A stretch of DNA of 64,000 nt from a virus, in the IMG/VR virus record IMGVR_UViG_3300022752_004319, positions 67,754-131,753 of that record; one strand, given 5' to 3'. Made by a program: the position numbers and the translations under genes. The notes below the pieces were generated by a model, which was not told where the DNA came from, searched no databases, and saw nothing but the letters and a program-made list of their open reading frames with translations. How positions within the stretch are numbered: position 1 is the first letter of the stretch; every line of letters starts with the position of its first letter. Shown piece by piece: positions 29,601 through 39,552 of the stretch.

Positions 29601-32600
29601 TTTAATACGTACTATGAAAATAAGATAAAAGAAAATAAGTTTTTGATTACAGAGGGTGTTGTATCATACAATGGAAATACTGGTAATTTAGCATCAAATC
29701 AAACAGTTTCGATGTTAAACACCCCTTTCTTTGTAAACGCTTTTATAGAAGGAGTTAAAAATGACAGAGATGATTTGAATTACCCATATCTAAAAGCTGC
29801 TTATCTTTTTATAAATAGTTTACCTCTATCAACATTACGAGAACCTCTCAAAAATATAATTGACGCAGAAGATAATTCTAAAAATCCAGCTAATGATTAT
29901 TTATACGCAACACTTACAAAATTTGGTGCCGTTCATAGGTTACCGTATGCTTGGATAATAAAGTATGGTTCGATTTGGCATCGATATAAAAAGTTCATTG
30001 AAACAGGCGAAGATATCTTAGATTCCGTTTGGAAAAATGTTGATGTTTCCAAAATATATTATCCAATAGGAAACAATTTAGGACATAACTATAAGACTAA
30101 AGATTTAAATGGTAATAATATTAGTTTGTATGGTCAAACTACGGTGACAATATCTGGTTCGATTGAATCAATTAAAAGGAAGTATGTTGGTTTTTATCCT
30201 GGATTAATAAATGATGTTTTGTTTTTTTTCACAGGACAAAATTACTTCTCTGATTATGGAGATGTTAATTTGGATACGGTTGTTGCTGAAGGTTTGGATA
30301 TTGGACTTTCGAGTTCCGTTATGAGACTACCAAGAGGGTATGACCCTACACTCGCCAACCTCAACACTTCTTTAGATTTTGCGGGATGGTACACAGCATT
30401 CAATGTAAAAGAATCACCCAAGTTCAATTCAAATATGAGAGGAAAAACAATTATTTTACCCAGTTTTGGAACCAACTATAATCAAGTACAATTTGAGTGT
30501 TTTAGACTTTTAGGAACAAGTTTAATTCAAAACCAAGAAATTTTTAACAATAATGCGGTAAATGACGGGTCTGTTAGATTTTTCTGGGGGTGTTCTAATT
30601 TTGGATATTTTGATTTGAGCTCTATAGAAAAACCTAGATATGATGAGTATTTTAATATCATATCATCAACAGAACTAAATTCAAAAGCATTCAATCTAAG
30701 TGACACATATTCGAACATAGAAGAAATATTCGGCGTGTTTAAAACAGAAATTTTAGACGCATTCGAGTTGGAGTTTTTAAAATTCAGTAGATCTTCAAGA
30801 CAATTGGATGAAAGTGATTTAGCTGACGATAACGTAGCAAATAGAACATTTCAACAAATTTTTGCAAATTGTTTAGTTGTTGACAAATCTGTAGTTAATC
30901 AGAATACAGCAGGGGGGACACAGACTGACTATTTAACAGCATTGAGTAATGAACAAGGTAGGTCAATCACTCAAGCTTTACAAACATTTTTGAATTATAA
31001 TTTAGCGTTTAGATATGGTAATCCCGGAAATTATGATCGTAGATTGTTTGGTAGTATAACAACCAATCAACGAAATAGAGTTTTTGATTCGTATGAGTTT
31101 GAACCCTACGTGACTGGTACATTACCTGGTGATGGATCAAATATTGCTTTTAGTATTTCATATTTACAAAATACCCAAGCGTGGAATACCTTACTGACGT
31201 ACGTAGGGTTTGCTACTAATCCAAATTTAGAATATACAGATGACGGTAGTTTTTTTACAGATTTCTTTATTACGATGAATGTTAAATTTACATCTGAAAA
31301 TATAAAAACCGTAGCCCCACTTGTTAAACTTTTTGGAAAACAAAAACTATTTGCAACAAATTACAACTATACAAGAAATGATTTCGTAAATGATATAAAT
31401 GAATTTTACAATCAAAAAGAAAATTTTCTTAATGTTACCCTTAATGCTTTGTTTGATAAACTTCAAAAAGAATTACCACAAGTACAAGAAACGGCAACTA
31501 AACCACTTTTATCCGTAATTGATGGTTTACCACCAAAATTGGATTTATGGGAAGCTTTCAAATCTTTTAATGATAAATGGATAGCTGGATCAAATTTTGA
31601 TGAAAAAATATTGTTTCAAGAAGTTTTGTTTTTGGATAGAGCAAACAGGGACATAGGTGATGTTTTAGTAGACCCATTCAAACTTTTAAATTTCATAAAT
31701 TCACCTTCAACCCTCAATGCTAGAGTTATAGATTATGTAAGTCAAATTTTGGCCGACAATAAATTTTTTATGATGCCAATACCTGCATACATAAATTGGT
31801 GGGGTGACGGAGAGGTTCAAAATGGAATAGAACCCAAAAGTCAAAACGTTTATGACGTTGCCAATAATTTATTTGGAATATATCAAAATGTTGATGTGAG
31901 ATACTCGCAACCAGCATTTTTGTGTTATTATGTTGGTAACCCCAGTCAACACTTAGATTTCAAAACAAATCCTAATTATTTGTGGAAATCAGATAGTTTT
32001 GATTTGACTTCGGATCAAGTTCCTGTATCAGTTCCAATTAACGACAAAAAAGATTGGGCTAACTCAAATAGAGTGGTTGGTTTTGACGTTGATTTTGGAA
32101 CAAGAAATCAAAACATATTTAGTTCAATAAATTTAGATCAGATAATTGGGGCATCTACTTCAGAGGCCAATAAGGTTATTACTGAAATAGCAATTCAAGC
32201 GGGTGGTGCAAAATCTAGTTTAGGTAGTGTAAGTCTTTACAATCTATACAAAACTAGAAGTTATACAGTTAGGGTAGAAGCTTTGGGTTGTGCATTACTT
32301 CAACCCACAATGTATTTTAATCTAAGGAATGTTCCAATGTTTAATGGGTCTTATCAAATCCAATCAGTAGAACATAGAATAGAAGCTGGTTCTTTCAGGA
32401 CTTATTTTGAAGGAATACGGATACCATTCTACTCACTACCAAAAATTGATAAACAATTAATATCAGTTAATAATAATCTTTTAGGGGAACTACTCAAATC
32501 AATAAGACGACTTAAACAAACTAGTGTGATATCATCGGCAGAAACTACCAATAGTATTACAATAGCGGATTCAATTCAACAGAATCTCAATTATACAACA

Positions 32601-33254
32601 ACAAGCCCTGTTTTGTGTAGGACAAGTATTGAATCAGCAGAAACACCTTATAATGAGTGGGTTGGTGGAGAAGGATTCACCACTGGTATTACATTTAATA
32701 ATTTTTCAACAATATTAAAACAAAAAACAAGAAATATACCAGCTAGTTTTGTTTCAAAAGTAAGAGCTATGGTATTCTATACCGCATATATGAATGGACA
32801 TGATACCACCAAATTTAAAACTTATAATTTTGATCTTGGAGGTACGCCTATTGCTGGTTATCCGTCAATTCCAAATATAAATTATGGAGGGTTAAACAAA
32901 TATTTACAACCAACTTATGTGTGTAAACAATTATCTTCTGGTGTTCGTATTCCTTTTGGATCCTTTGAAAATTTTGATAAGTCAATAGACTTCATACTAA
33001 ATTTATGGTTTACAACAGAAAGGAGTAATTTATTACTCACAAATAAAAATATAAACTATTCCAATATATGGCAAAGTGAGGCAGATTACGCGGTCAATAT
33101 GTTTACATTGTGGTCTTATTACTGGCCTAGAAAAAGATTTCAGACACCAAATGATTTTGAAAAATGGATAACGACCAATAGGTCATCATATGAACAATTT
33201 ATGGCCTTAGGTAGAGAAGTTTATCAAAAACTAAAGGAATTTAAATTGATTTAA
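26688..33254 (+). CDS. Giant baseplate hub protein (2188 aa; gp27/GpD-like segments)
   Basis: LPYPTFYLTIKGYYG; C-terminal VEALGCALLQPTMYF..GSYQIQSVEHRI; follows LysM wedge gene. Confidence 0.6.
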   Translation: MADNFPKTNEDVFVIKDVDNIIIVDPNKTISKDGIVSERGINQENFVMYANLEAQMLPRTKLIQGQDLENTVQTQTLASINFLRPGGRTFLDNTYTDQFTGQDTLIGKGINQPSVDQLSKPNKTDEFYSKQNTQNSQDTGLLGIESIGIKNTRSFTPVVDMVLIDTMGRALFEKGDKSEYAFFFNLPYPTFYLTIKGYYGKAIKYQLILSKFSAAFEAATGNYRITLQFYSYKYTILAETQIGALFATPFMYTNDFKITQEIPPGSAAAQTSVGDDKTTVREVRTTRGRQFISDVYKKYKALGLIDENFPEITFPELRAQLQALQKNLETTFGQTDFSPLTDCEDYFAILDEYRNSITDTTNPSSWISKSIDPNKVFYLKSTDNSKPTKAYIFNQALRSNNQLAENALGSLQKTVTDFETPLLKNKTLGLDGKYKIGNNAPTPSEIKKIQEIDASKSNDLAIVKSNSFVKPITPDGVDWALTFELRNKRKPVNEAEVTSLQADEQQFFYTILSELDEEVAYPTYVFVFDGPGQFEDIIDKSLEELDQKKTEIVEKMSEFLSKKIEGPNGLGFKPTMRNIMAIIFASTEAFYRLLNLVHRDAWAVRNNSIRQLACYGDDKDSPDIKQNIRDINQNGQINQEVYPWPLYLKPEIDENKIQRYVAMYPGEQSEISKTRASDYQIWPEVQFVEEYIRGLTKSQSISQQSGNPAENDVGRLVNRITVNAVDFPTTNKIFADLQDVKFLYEIYERVYLQTYWDRLSRPTAQNSEVMTSLSEMEVINIRKALNTFGNPSLIKLLKNTAFRASNYLQVLRNISNEGVGISWQQFIRGIFTSDYLRVETQKDFSIFPSTTISSGFQFSDIDTSVLSKVSEYVKNSSSSSIDFLDLYPFIDPIWVNYNLSNITQRPIGYNSTTKSLFLNQSLNFITNFEKTANVELDINRPLVNNSYKKYTQPEIELISNIQQTGANTPIGFNTYYENKIKENKFLITEGVVSYNGNTGNLASNQTVSMLNTPFFVNAFIEGVKNDRDDLNYPYLKAAYLFINSLPLSTLREPLKNIIDAEDNSKNPANDYLYATLTKFGAVHRLPYAWIIKYGSIWHRYKKFIETGEDILDSVWKNVDVSKIYYPIGNNLGHNYKTKDLNGNNISLYGQTTVTISGSIESIKRKYVGFYPGLINDVLFFFTGQNYFSDYGDVNLDTVVAEGLDIGLSSSVMRLPRGYDPTLANLNTSLDFAGWYTAFNVKESPKFNSNMRGKTIILPSFGTNYNQVQFECFRLLGTSLIQNQEIFNNNAVNDGSVRFFWGCSNFGYFDLSSIEKPRYDEYFNIISSTELNSKAFNLSDTYSNIEEIFGVFKTEILDAFELEFLKFSRSSRQLDESDLADDNVANRTFQQIFANCLVVDKSVVNQNTAGGTQTDYLTALSNEQGRSITQALQTFLNYNLAFRYGNPGNYDRRLFGSITTNQRNRVFDSYEFEPYVTGTLPGDGSNIAFSISYLQNTQAWNTLLTYVGFATNPNLEYTDDGSFFTDFFITMNVKFTSENIKTVAPLVKLFGKQKLFATNYNYTRNDFVNDINEFYNQKENFLNVTLNALFDKLQKELPQVQETATKPLLSVIDGLPPKLDLWEAFKSFNDKWIAGSNFDEKILFQEVLFLDRANRDIGDVLVDPFKLLNFINSPSTLNARVIDYVSQILADNKFFMMPIPAYINWWGDGEVQNGIEPKSQNVYDVANNLFGIYQNVDVRYSQPAFLCYYVGNPSQHLDFKTNPNYLWKSDSFDLTSDQVPVSVPINDKKDWANSNRVVGFDVDFGTRNQNIFSSINLDQIIGASTSEANKVITEIAIQAGGAKSSLGSVSLYNLYKTRSYTVRVEALGCALLQPTMYFNLRNVPMFNGSYQIQSVEHRIEAGSFRTYFEGIRIPFYSLPKIDKQLISVNNNLLGELLKSIRRLKQTSVISSAETTNSITIADSIQQNLNYTTTSPVLCRTSIESAETPYNEWVGGEGFTTGITFNNFSTILKQKTRNIPASFVSKVRAMVFYTAYMNGHDTTKFKTYNFDLGGTPIAGYPSIPNINYGGLNKYLQPTYVCKQLSSGVRIPFGSFENFDKSIDFILNLWFTTERSNLLLTNKNINYSNIWQSEADYAVNMFTLWSYYWPRKRFQTPNDFEKWITTNRSSYEQFMALGREVYQKLKEFKLI

Positions 33255-33287
33255 TTAAAATATCGTATATTTATAATAAAAAAAATT

Positions 33288-33512
33288 ATGGAACTACAAA
33301 ATATTTTGGACAACTATTTGGGTAAAAGAACACGATACACCCAAAAACAAGTTGGTAATGGTTTTAGCGAAGTTTGTGACTTGGACACTGGAGATTGTTA
33401 TACTGTAAGAGAAAGAGATGGGTTAATTGAAAGAGTAGATAATACTATGAGAACAAATAGAAAAATTCAAGTTGAGACATCTCATGGAATAAAACAACTT
33501 TTAAATGGATAA
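33288..33512 (+). CDS. Hypothetical protein
   Basis: 74 aa ORF with TATTTAT and A-rich leader; CDLDTGDC motif. Confidence 0.7.
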   Translation: MELQNILDNYLGKRTRYTQKQVGNGFSEVCDLDTGDCYTVRERDGLIERVDNTMRTNRKIQVETSHGIKQLLNG

Positions 33513-33515
33513 AAT

Positions 33516-34214
33516 ATGTCTATAGATAAAAAAATAATTCAAGAAATTAAACGTCACTATCAAATCAACAAATATGTGACGGAACAAGAGGCACCACCAG
33601 CATTACCCGAAGTCCCAGCGGATCAAAATGCACCACTACCAGGGGTACCAACCGATCCAAATGCTTTAGGTCAAACACCACTACCCGGAGCACCTACGGA
33701 TCCTACTTTACCACAAGAAGCACCAACCCCAGAAGTAATTGACGTTGCTCAAGACGCTGAAGTTGAAAAAATCGGATCTGATGGTGAAAATATGGAAACA
33801 GAGTCAGGTTCAGAAGAACTTGATATAACGGATCTTGTCAACACACAAAAAGGAATTGAAAGTAAACAAGAAGAATATTTTGACAAGATGTTCAAACAAT
33901 TAGATACACTTCAATCTAAAGTCGGTGAAATGGATCAACTTATTGACAAAATTAATTCATTGGAAATGAAAGTTGAGAAGTACAGACCAAAAACTGCACA
34001 AGAAAAATTAGAGTTGAGAAGTCTAGACTCTGGCCCATTTAATCAAAAACTTACAGACTTTTTTGATGAGAAAGAAGAAGACCTTGAAAAGTCGGGAAAA
34101 AATGAGTATATTTTAACTTCTGATGAGGTTGAGAACATTGTACCATCTGATGTGAAGAAAAGTTTTGACATTACTTTACCACCACCTCCCTCAAATTTCA
34201 GATCCTATTATTGA
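33516..34214 (+). CDS. Hypothetical acidic Pro-rich coiled-coil protein (possible head-internal/scaffold protein)
   Basis: Pro/Glu-rich N-half, heptad region LDTLQSKVGEMDQLIDKINSLEMKV. Confidence 0.55.
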   Translation: MSIDKKIIQEIKRHYQINKYVTEQEAPPALPEVPADQNAPLPGVPTDPNALGQTPLPGAPTDPTLPQEAPTPEVIDVAQDAEVEKIGSDGENMETESGSEELDITDLVNTQKGIESKQEEYFDKMFKQLDTLQSKVGEMDQLIDKINSLEMKVEKYRPKTAQEKLELRSLDSGPFNQKLTDFFDEKEEDLEKSGKNEYILTSDEVENIVPSDVKKSFDITLPPPPSNFRSYY

Positions 34215-34238
34215 TTTTTTGAAATACTTGTTTATATT
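34211..34238 (+). promoter_or_regulatory. Putative early/middle promoter (TTGATT-N16-TATATT) of the replication block
   Basis: Hexamers read directly upstream of the SSB gene. Confidence 0.5.
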
Positions 34239-34269
34239 AAAAGGGTCACAAAGACCCTTTTTTTATTTT
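34239..34269 (+). terminator. Intrinsic terminator closing the tail operon
   Basis: AAAAGGGTC-acaaa-GACCCTTTT then T run. Confidence 0.75.
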
Positions 34270-34303
34270 ATATTTTTAACCAACTTAAATTTTTACAAAC
34301 AAC

Positions 34304-35134
34304 ATGATGAGTTCATTAGACGCCGTATTGGCACAGTACGAGAAAAACCAATCAGGAGATGGTCTATCTCAAGAGGAAAAAATGAAGAAATACTTCGCTT
34401 GTATCCTCCCACAAAATTCGTCCACAGGACAAAAACGAGTTAGGATTCTTCCTACAACAGATGGATCTTCACCATTTAAAGAAGTATATTATCACGAACT
34501 ACAAGTTGGTGGTAAATGGGTTAAACTTTTTGACCCAGGTAAAAACGACAACGAAAGATCTCCGTTGAATGAACTCTATGAAGAGTTGAGAGCTACAGGC
34601 AAAGAATCTGATAAAGAGTTGGCAAAACAATATAACTCTAGGAAGTTTTATATCGTGAAGGTGATTGATCGTGATGCTGAAGAAGAAGGTGTAAAGTTCT
34701 GGAGGTTCAAACACAATTACAAAAACGATGGTATTCTCGATAAAATTATTCCAATCTGGAGACAGAAGGGTGATATTACAGATCCAAAAAAAGGTCGTGA
34801 TTTGATTATCGAACTCAGAAAAGAAAAATCTAACACTGGTAAAGAATACACAGCAATTCAAACCATTATGCACGACGATCCAAGTCCTCTACACAGTGAT
34901 GCTCAAATTCAAAAAGAGTGGTTGGCAGATGAATTGACTTGGAGTGATGTATACTCAAAAAAACCAATTGAGTATCTTGAGGCCATTTCTCGAGGTGAAA
35001 CACCAAAGTGGGATTCTAATCAAAATAAGTATGTATATGGTAACTCCACTGAAGCTGAAACTTCAATGGGAGGAGCACCAGCATACGAAGACCCTCAAGT
35101 TAATGCAGAACCAGACGAAGATCTACCTTTCTAA
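34304..35134 (+). CDS. Single-stranded DNA-binding protein (T4 gp32-like)
   Basis: RVRILP..PFKEVYYH, YIVKVIDR, DITDPKKGRDLII; acidic tail ending DEDLPF. Confidence 0.8.
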   Translation: MMSSLDAVLAQYEKNQSGDGLSQEEKMKKYFACILPQNSSTGQKRVRILPTTDGSSPFKEVYYHELQVGGKWVKLFDPGKNDNERSPLNELYEELRATGKESDKELAKQYNSRKFYIVKVIDRDAEEEGVKFWRFKHNYKNDGILDKIIPIWRQKGDITDPKKGRDLIIELRKEKSNTGKEYTAIQTIMHDDPSPLHSDAQIQKEWLADELTWSDVYSKKPIEYLEAISRGETPKWDSNQNKYVYGNSTEAETSMGGAPAYEDPQVNAEPDEDLPF

Positions 35135-35143
35135 CAAAAAAAC

Positions 35144-35590
35144 ATGTCAAAGATATACATTGCATCAGACCACGCGGGTGTTGATTTAAAAGCACTCCTC
35201 GTGAATAGAATACAATCGAATGGTTTAGTTGTTGAGGATCTGGGCCCCGACACCTATGAAGCGGTCGATTACCCAGATTATGCTCACAAGGTAGGTAAAA
35301 AAATCTCAAATGAACCCGATAACATCGGTATCCTACTCTGTGGATCTGGCAATGGTGTATCAATTACATCCAACAAATGGAAAAATGTACGGGCGGCAAT
35401 TTGTTGGAACTCAGAGATAGCGACCTTGGCAAGGTTACATAATAACGCAAATGTTTTGTGTATACCTTCCAGGTTCGTCTCTGTAGAAGATGCTATAGAC
35501 ATCTTAGATTATTTCTTAGAGACCAAGTTCGAAGGTGGAAGACACGAACGTAGGGTTAACAAAATTCATATTCCAACAAATTTAATTTAA
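35144..35590 (+). CDS. rpiB: Ribose-5-phosphate isomerase B
   Basis: IASDHAG, DYPD, GILLCGSGNG, ARLHNNANVL, FEGGRHERRV. Confidence 0.95.
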   Translation: MSKIYIASDHAGVDLKALLVNRIQSNGLVVEDLGPDTYEAVDYPDYAHKVGKKISNEPDNIGILLCGSGNGVSITSNKWKNVRAAICWNSEIATLARLHNNANVLCIPSRFVSVEDAIDILDYFLETKFEGGRHERRVNKIHIPTNLI

Positions 35591-35594
35591 TTTT

Positions 35595-36611
35595 ATGGCA
35601 ATTAAGAAAAAAGATTTTTCTGATATTAAGAAAAAATTCTCAACTTCAGCAAAATACAAACAACAAGAATATTTCGATTTAGGTCGTGAGTTCTTGGATG
35701 CTGTGGGACTTCCTGGTCCTGCGATCGGACATATTAATATGTTTTTAGGACACTCCGATACGGGTAAAACGACAGCGTTGATTAAGTCGGCAATAGATGC
35801 TCAGAAAAGAAATGTTCTACCTGTCTTCATTATCACAGAACAAAAATGGGATTTTGGACACGCCAAAATGATGGGGTTCGAATGTGAAGAAGTTGTGGAT
35901 GAATCAACTGGTGAAATAGACTGGGAAGGATTTTTCCTATTCAATAATAACTTTCAATACATTGAACAGATCACAGATTACATCAATGAATTACTTGATG
36001 CACAAGAAAAAGGTGAGATTGATTACGATTTAGTTTTTCTTTGGGATAGTGTCGGTTCGGTACCTTGTAAAATGACATTTGACGGTAAAGGTGGTAAACA
36101 ACATAATGCATCCGTTCTTTCAGATAAGATTGGTATGGGTATTAACCAAAGAATCTCAGGATCGAGAAAAGCGGAATCCAAGTTCCAAAATACACTTATA
36201 ATCGTTGCCCAACCTTGGGTAGAACTCCCAGATAATCCATTTGGCCAACCTAAAATTAAAAGTAAAGGTGGTGAATCCATTTGGTTGAATTCCTCGATTG
36301 TCTTTCTATTTGGGAACCAAAAAGGTGCTGGTACTACCAAGATTACTGCTACAAAAGACAAAAGAACAGTGAAATTTGCATCTAGAACCAAAATTTCTGT
36401 TTTGAAAAATCATATCAATGGATTAGGATATGAAGATGGAAAAATTATTGTAACACCTCATGGGTTTATTTCAGGAAAAGATACTGCAGAAGAAAAAGCA
36501 TCGGTTGAGAAATACAAAAAAGAATATGCTGATTATTGGAAAGAAATTCTAGGTCTAGATGGTGAGTTTACACTCAAGGAAGAAACAGAAGTTGAACATG
36601 AACAAGAGTGA
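35595..36611 (+). CDS. recA: RecA/UvsX-family recombinase
   Basis: GHSDTGKT Walker A, LWDSVG Walker B, KSKGG, KNH; follows SSB. Confidence 0.85.
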   Translation: MAIKKKDFSDIKKKFSTSAKYKQQEYFDLGREFLDAVGLPGPAIGHINMFLGHSDTGKTTALIKSAIDAQKRNVLPVFIITEQKWDFGHAKMMGFECEEVVDESTGEIDWEGFFLFNNNFQYIEQITDYINELLDAQEKGEIDYDLVFLWDSVGSVPCKMTFDGKGGKQHNASVLSDKIGMGINQRISGSRKAESKFQNTLIIVAQPWVELPDNPFGQPKIKSKGGESIWLNSSIVFLFGNQKGAGTTKITATKDKRTVKFASRTKISVLKNHINGLGYEDGKIIVTPHGFISGKDTAEEKASVEKYKKEYADYWKEILGLDGEFTLKEETEVEHEQE

Positions 36612-37615
36612 AAACATTATTGATCGATGGAGATAATTTATTCAATCTCGGATTCTATGGTGTCAGAGAATTTTTTGTCGATGGAAATCACATCGGAGGA
36701 CTTTTCCACTTCATCAACGCAATTCGAAAACAACTGGACGAACACGATTACGACAAAGTCTTCGTGGTCTGGGATGGTGACCATAACTCACAACGACGTA
36801 GAGAATTATACCCAGACTACAAGTTAAACCGTAAAGAGCGCCTCAATGAGTTTCAAAAAGAATCATTCAACATTCAACGAAACAAAGTTCAAAATTATCT
36901 AGAAGAATTTTTTATTCGACAATTAAGGGTGTCGTACAATGAGGGAGATGATTTAATTTCGTATTATTGTCATAGGGCAACCAAAGAAACCATTACCATT
37001 TTTTCTTCAGATAAAGACCTCCTGCAGCTTTTAAGTCCTCGGGTGAGTGTGTACTCACCAATTCATAAAAAGTACTTCCACGAAGACGACAAGGTCAAAT
37101 TAGACCATATTGAAGTTCCACATTGTAATCTATTGCTGGTGAAAATTTTACTCGGAGACAAATCGGATAATGTTTTTGGTATAATGAACTTTGGAGAAAA
37201 AAAACTTGTAAAATTTTTTCCAGAGGTACTTGAAATCCCGACCTCAATTGACGATATTTTGTCAAAAGCAAAACAAATTTGTGAAACAAAAAAAGTTATA
37301 GGACTTGAAAATTTAATCAATGGAACCTGTAAAAAAGAAACGAGTGGTGAACAATATTTTATCAAAAGAAAATTGATTATGGATTTACAAGATCCGATGA
37401 TCACACAAGAAGCGAAAGATCTTGTGGACGAACACATTCGAGAAAACATAGATCCAGAGGGAAGGAGTTATAAGAACGTAATCAGAATGATGACCCAAGA
37501 TGGGTTTTTTAAATACATACCCAAATCAGACGAAGGATTTGTTGAGTTCATTCGTCCCTTTATGAAACTCACTCGTAAAGAAAAAAGAAAATTCAACAGA
37601 GAACAAAATAATTAA
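36608..37615 (+). CDS. 5'-3' exonuclease / flap endonuclease (PolI N-terminal, T4 RNase H-like)
   Basis: LLIDGDNL, YPDYKLNR, EGDDLI, SSDKDLLQL, LLGDKSDNV. Confidence 0.92.
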   Translation: MKTLLIDGDNLFNLGFYGVREFFVDGNHIGGLFHFINAIRKQLDEHDYDKVFVVWDGDHNSQRRRELYPDYKLNRKERLNEFQKESFNIQRNKVQNYLEEFFIRQLRVSYNEGDDLISYYCHRATKETITIFSSDKDLLQLLSPRVSVYSPIHKKYFHEDDKVKLDHIEVPHCNLLLVKILLGDKSDNVFGIMNFGEKKLVKFFPEVLEIPTSIDDILSKAKQICETKKVIGLENLINGTCKKETSGEQYFIKRKLIMDLQDPMITQEAKDLVDEHIRENIDPEGRSYKNVIRMMTQDGFFKYIPKSDEGFVEFIRPFMKLTRKEKRKFNREQNN

Positions 37616-37623
37616 CAAAAAAT

Positions 37624-37651
37624 TTGAAAAACCAAAAAAAAACCTTATATT
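37624..37651 (+). promoter_or_regulatory. Putative early/middle promoter (TTGAAA-N16-TATATT)
   Basis: Matches pattern at 34211 and 6415-6443. Confidence 0.5.
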
Positions 37652-37670
37652 TAATTAAATCAAAGAAATT

Positions 37671-38120
37671 ATGAAAGAACAAGAATTAGTAAAGTTAGAA
37701 TTTTTGATTACACTTAATAACAATATTGTAATTCAAAGATATTTTAACGTGAAAAATTACAACCAAAATGCCGAGAGGTCTATGGATGTCTATGAATATC
37801 TTAAAGATTTTTCTCATGAGTTTTTACTCGATCAAAAAATGAGAACAACTGTTTATATGATGGATCTAGCTAATGAAATAATGGAGGATCCATCTATACT
37901 AGAAACCTCTATGACCGAAGGCCCAGAAGTGTTTCACTTTAAAATTTTAAAAGATAATATGACAATTTGTCATAGATCGTTAGATGCGAAAATTTTCCCA
38001 CCTAAAATAAGATACACCGTAGACATACGCCAGCAAGTAAAAAGTGTACTTCGAGACCTAACTGACATATTTTCATCTGAAGAATTAGAGACAAATTACC
38101 TTGACTATAGTCTAGTTTGA
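37671..38120 (+). CDS. Hypothetical protein upstream of replicative helicase
   Basis: 149 aa ORF with A-rich leader; no recognisable motif. Confidence 0.75.
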   Translation: MKEQELVKLEFLITLNNNIVIQRYFNVKNYNQNAERSMDVYEYLKDFSHEFLLDQKMRTTVYMMDLANEIMEDPSILETSMTEGPEVFHFKILKDNMTICHRSLDAKIFPPKIRYTVDIRQQVKSVLRDLTDIFSSEELETNYLDYSLV

Positions 38121-38153
38121 TTGTATTTATCAAAACACAAAAACATATAAAGC

Positions 38154-39536
38154 ATGTCAAGGAACTTCGAATATTTAGGTGAAACATTTCAAATACAACT
38201 CATAAATCAACTGATTGTAGAAAAAGAATTTTCACATACCATCCTTGATGTTTTAGAGCCAACACACTTCGAAAACAAGTATTTCAAAACACTTGTTCAA
38301 CTCATCAAAGAATACTACATAAAGTATGAGTGTTCACCATCATTTGAAACTTTGTTTCAAATAGTGAAGAGTGAATTTCCTCAAGAGTTGATGTTGAAAA
38401 TCTTAAATGACACAATCACTAAGATCCAAAAAGCACCAAGTGATGGTACCGCGTTTGTTCAAGAAAAAGCTCTTAAGTTTTGTAAACAACAAGAACTCCA
38501 AAAAGCTATCACAAAATCACAAAAGATTTTGGATAGTGGAGAATTTGAAAACTACGACAAGTTAGAAGAACTAATCAAAGCAGCACTTCAAGTAGGTGAA
38601 AATAACAAAAATGTTTCTGATGTCTTCAATGATTTGGATGATCTTCTCAGAGAAGACTTTAGACACCCAATTCCGATGGGAATACCTGGATTAGATAATC
38701 TTTTGAAGGGTGGTTTATCTAAAGGTGAGTTGGGTGTTATATTGGCCCCTACTGGGGTTGGGAAGACCTCGATTCTCACAAAAATAGCAAATACCGCATT
38801 TAATTTAGGTTATAATGTACTCCAGATATTTTTTGAAGATAATCCGAAGGTCATACAAAGAAAACATTTTACTATATGGACAGGTATTGCACCTGATGAT
38901 TTACCAAATCACAAAGAAGAAGTTTTAGCTAAAGCAGATGAAATTAAAAACAATTTCCAAAACAATTTGTATATCAAAAAATTGGCTTCGGATACGTATA
39001 CAATGACACAAATCAAAGGTATGGTTCGGAAAATGATAGCGGATGGTAACCCTGTTGATATGATTGTTTTAGATTATGTTGACTGTGTGGTTCCAGACAA
39101 AAACTTGGGGGATGAGTGGAAAAGTGAGGGATCTGTAATGCGAGGATATGAAGCTATGTGTCATGAGGTCGGTGTTGCTGGCTGGACTGCCACACAAGGA
39201 AATAGAAGTAGTATTTCATCCGAAATCGTAACCACTGATCAAATGGGCGGTTCAATCAAGAAAGCTCAAGTTGGTCACGTGATCATCACAGTTGCAAAAA
39301 CTCTTCAACAAAAAGAAGCAGGACTTGCAACAATAGCTGTGACCAAATCAAGAATTGGTAAAGATGGTGTTGTGTTTGAGAATTGTAAATTTGATAACGA
39401 AATGCTCATTATTGATACAGAAAACTCGGTGACTTTCTTAGGTTTTGAAGAAAACAAAGAAGAGAAAAAACGTGATAGAATTAAAGAACTGATGGAACAA
39501 AGACAACAAAGATTGTCAGAAAAAACAAAAAACTAA
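38154..39536 (+). CDS. DnaB-like replicative helicase (T4 gp41-like)
   Basis: [43 protein letters not shown]. Confidence 0.93.
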   Translation: MSRNFEYLGETFQIQLINQLIVEKEFSHTILDVLEPTHFENKYFKTLVQLIKEYYIKYECSPSFETLFQIVKSEFPQELMLKILNDTITKIQKAPSDGTAFVQEKALKFCKQQELQKAITKSQKILDSGEFENYDKLEELIKAALQVGENNKNVSDVFNDLDDLLREDFRHPIPMGIPGLDNLLKGGLSKGELGVILAPTGVGKTSILTKIANTAFNLGYNVLQIFFEDNPKVIQRKHFTIWTGIAPDDLPNHKEEVLAKADEIKNNFQNNLYIKKLASDTYTMTQIKGMVRKMIADGNPVDMIVLDYVDCVVPDKNLGDEWKSEGSVMRGYEAMCHEVGVAGWTATQGNRSSISSEIVTTDQMGGSIKKAQVGHVIITVAKTLQQKEAGLATIAVTKSRIGKDGVVFENCKFDNEMLIIDTENSVTFLGFEENKEEKKRDRIKELMEQRQQRLSEKTKN

Positions 39537-39552
39537 ACTAAATTTATTAACT

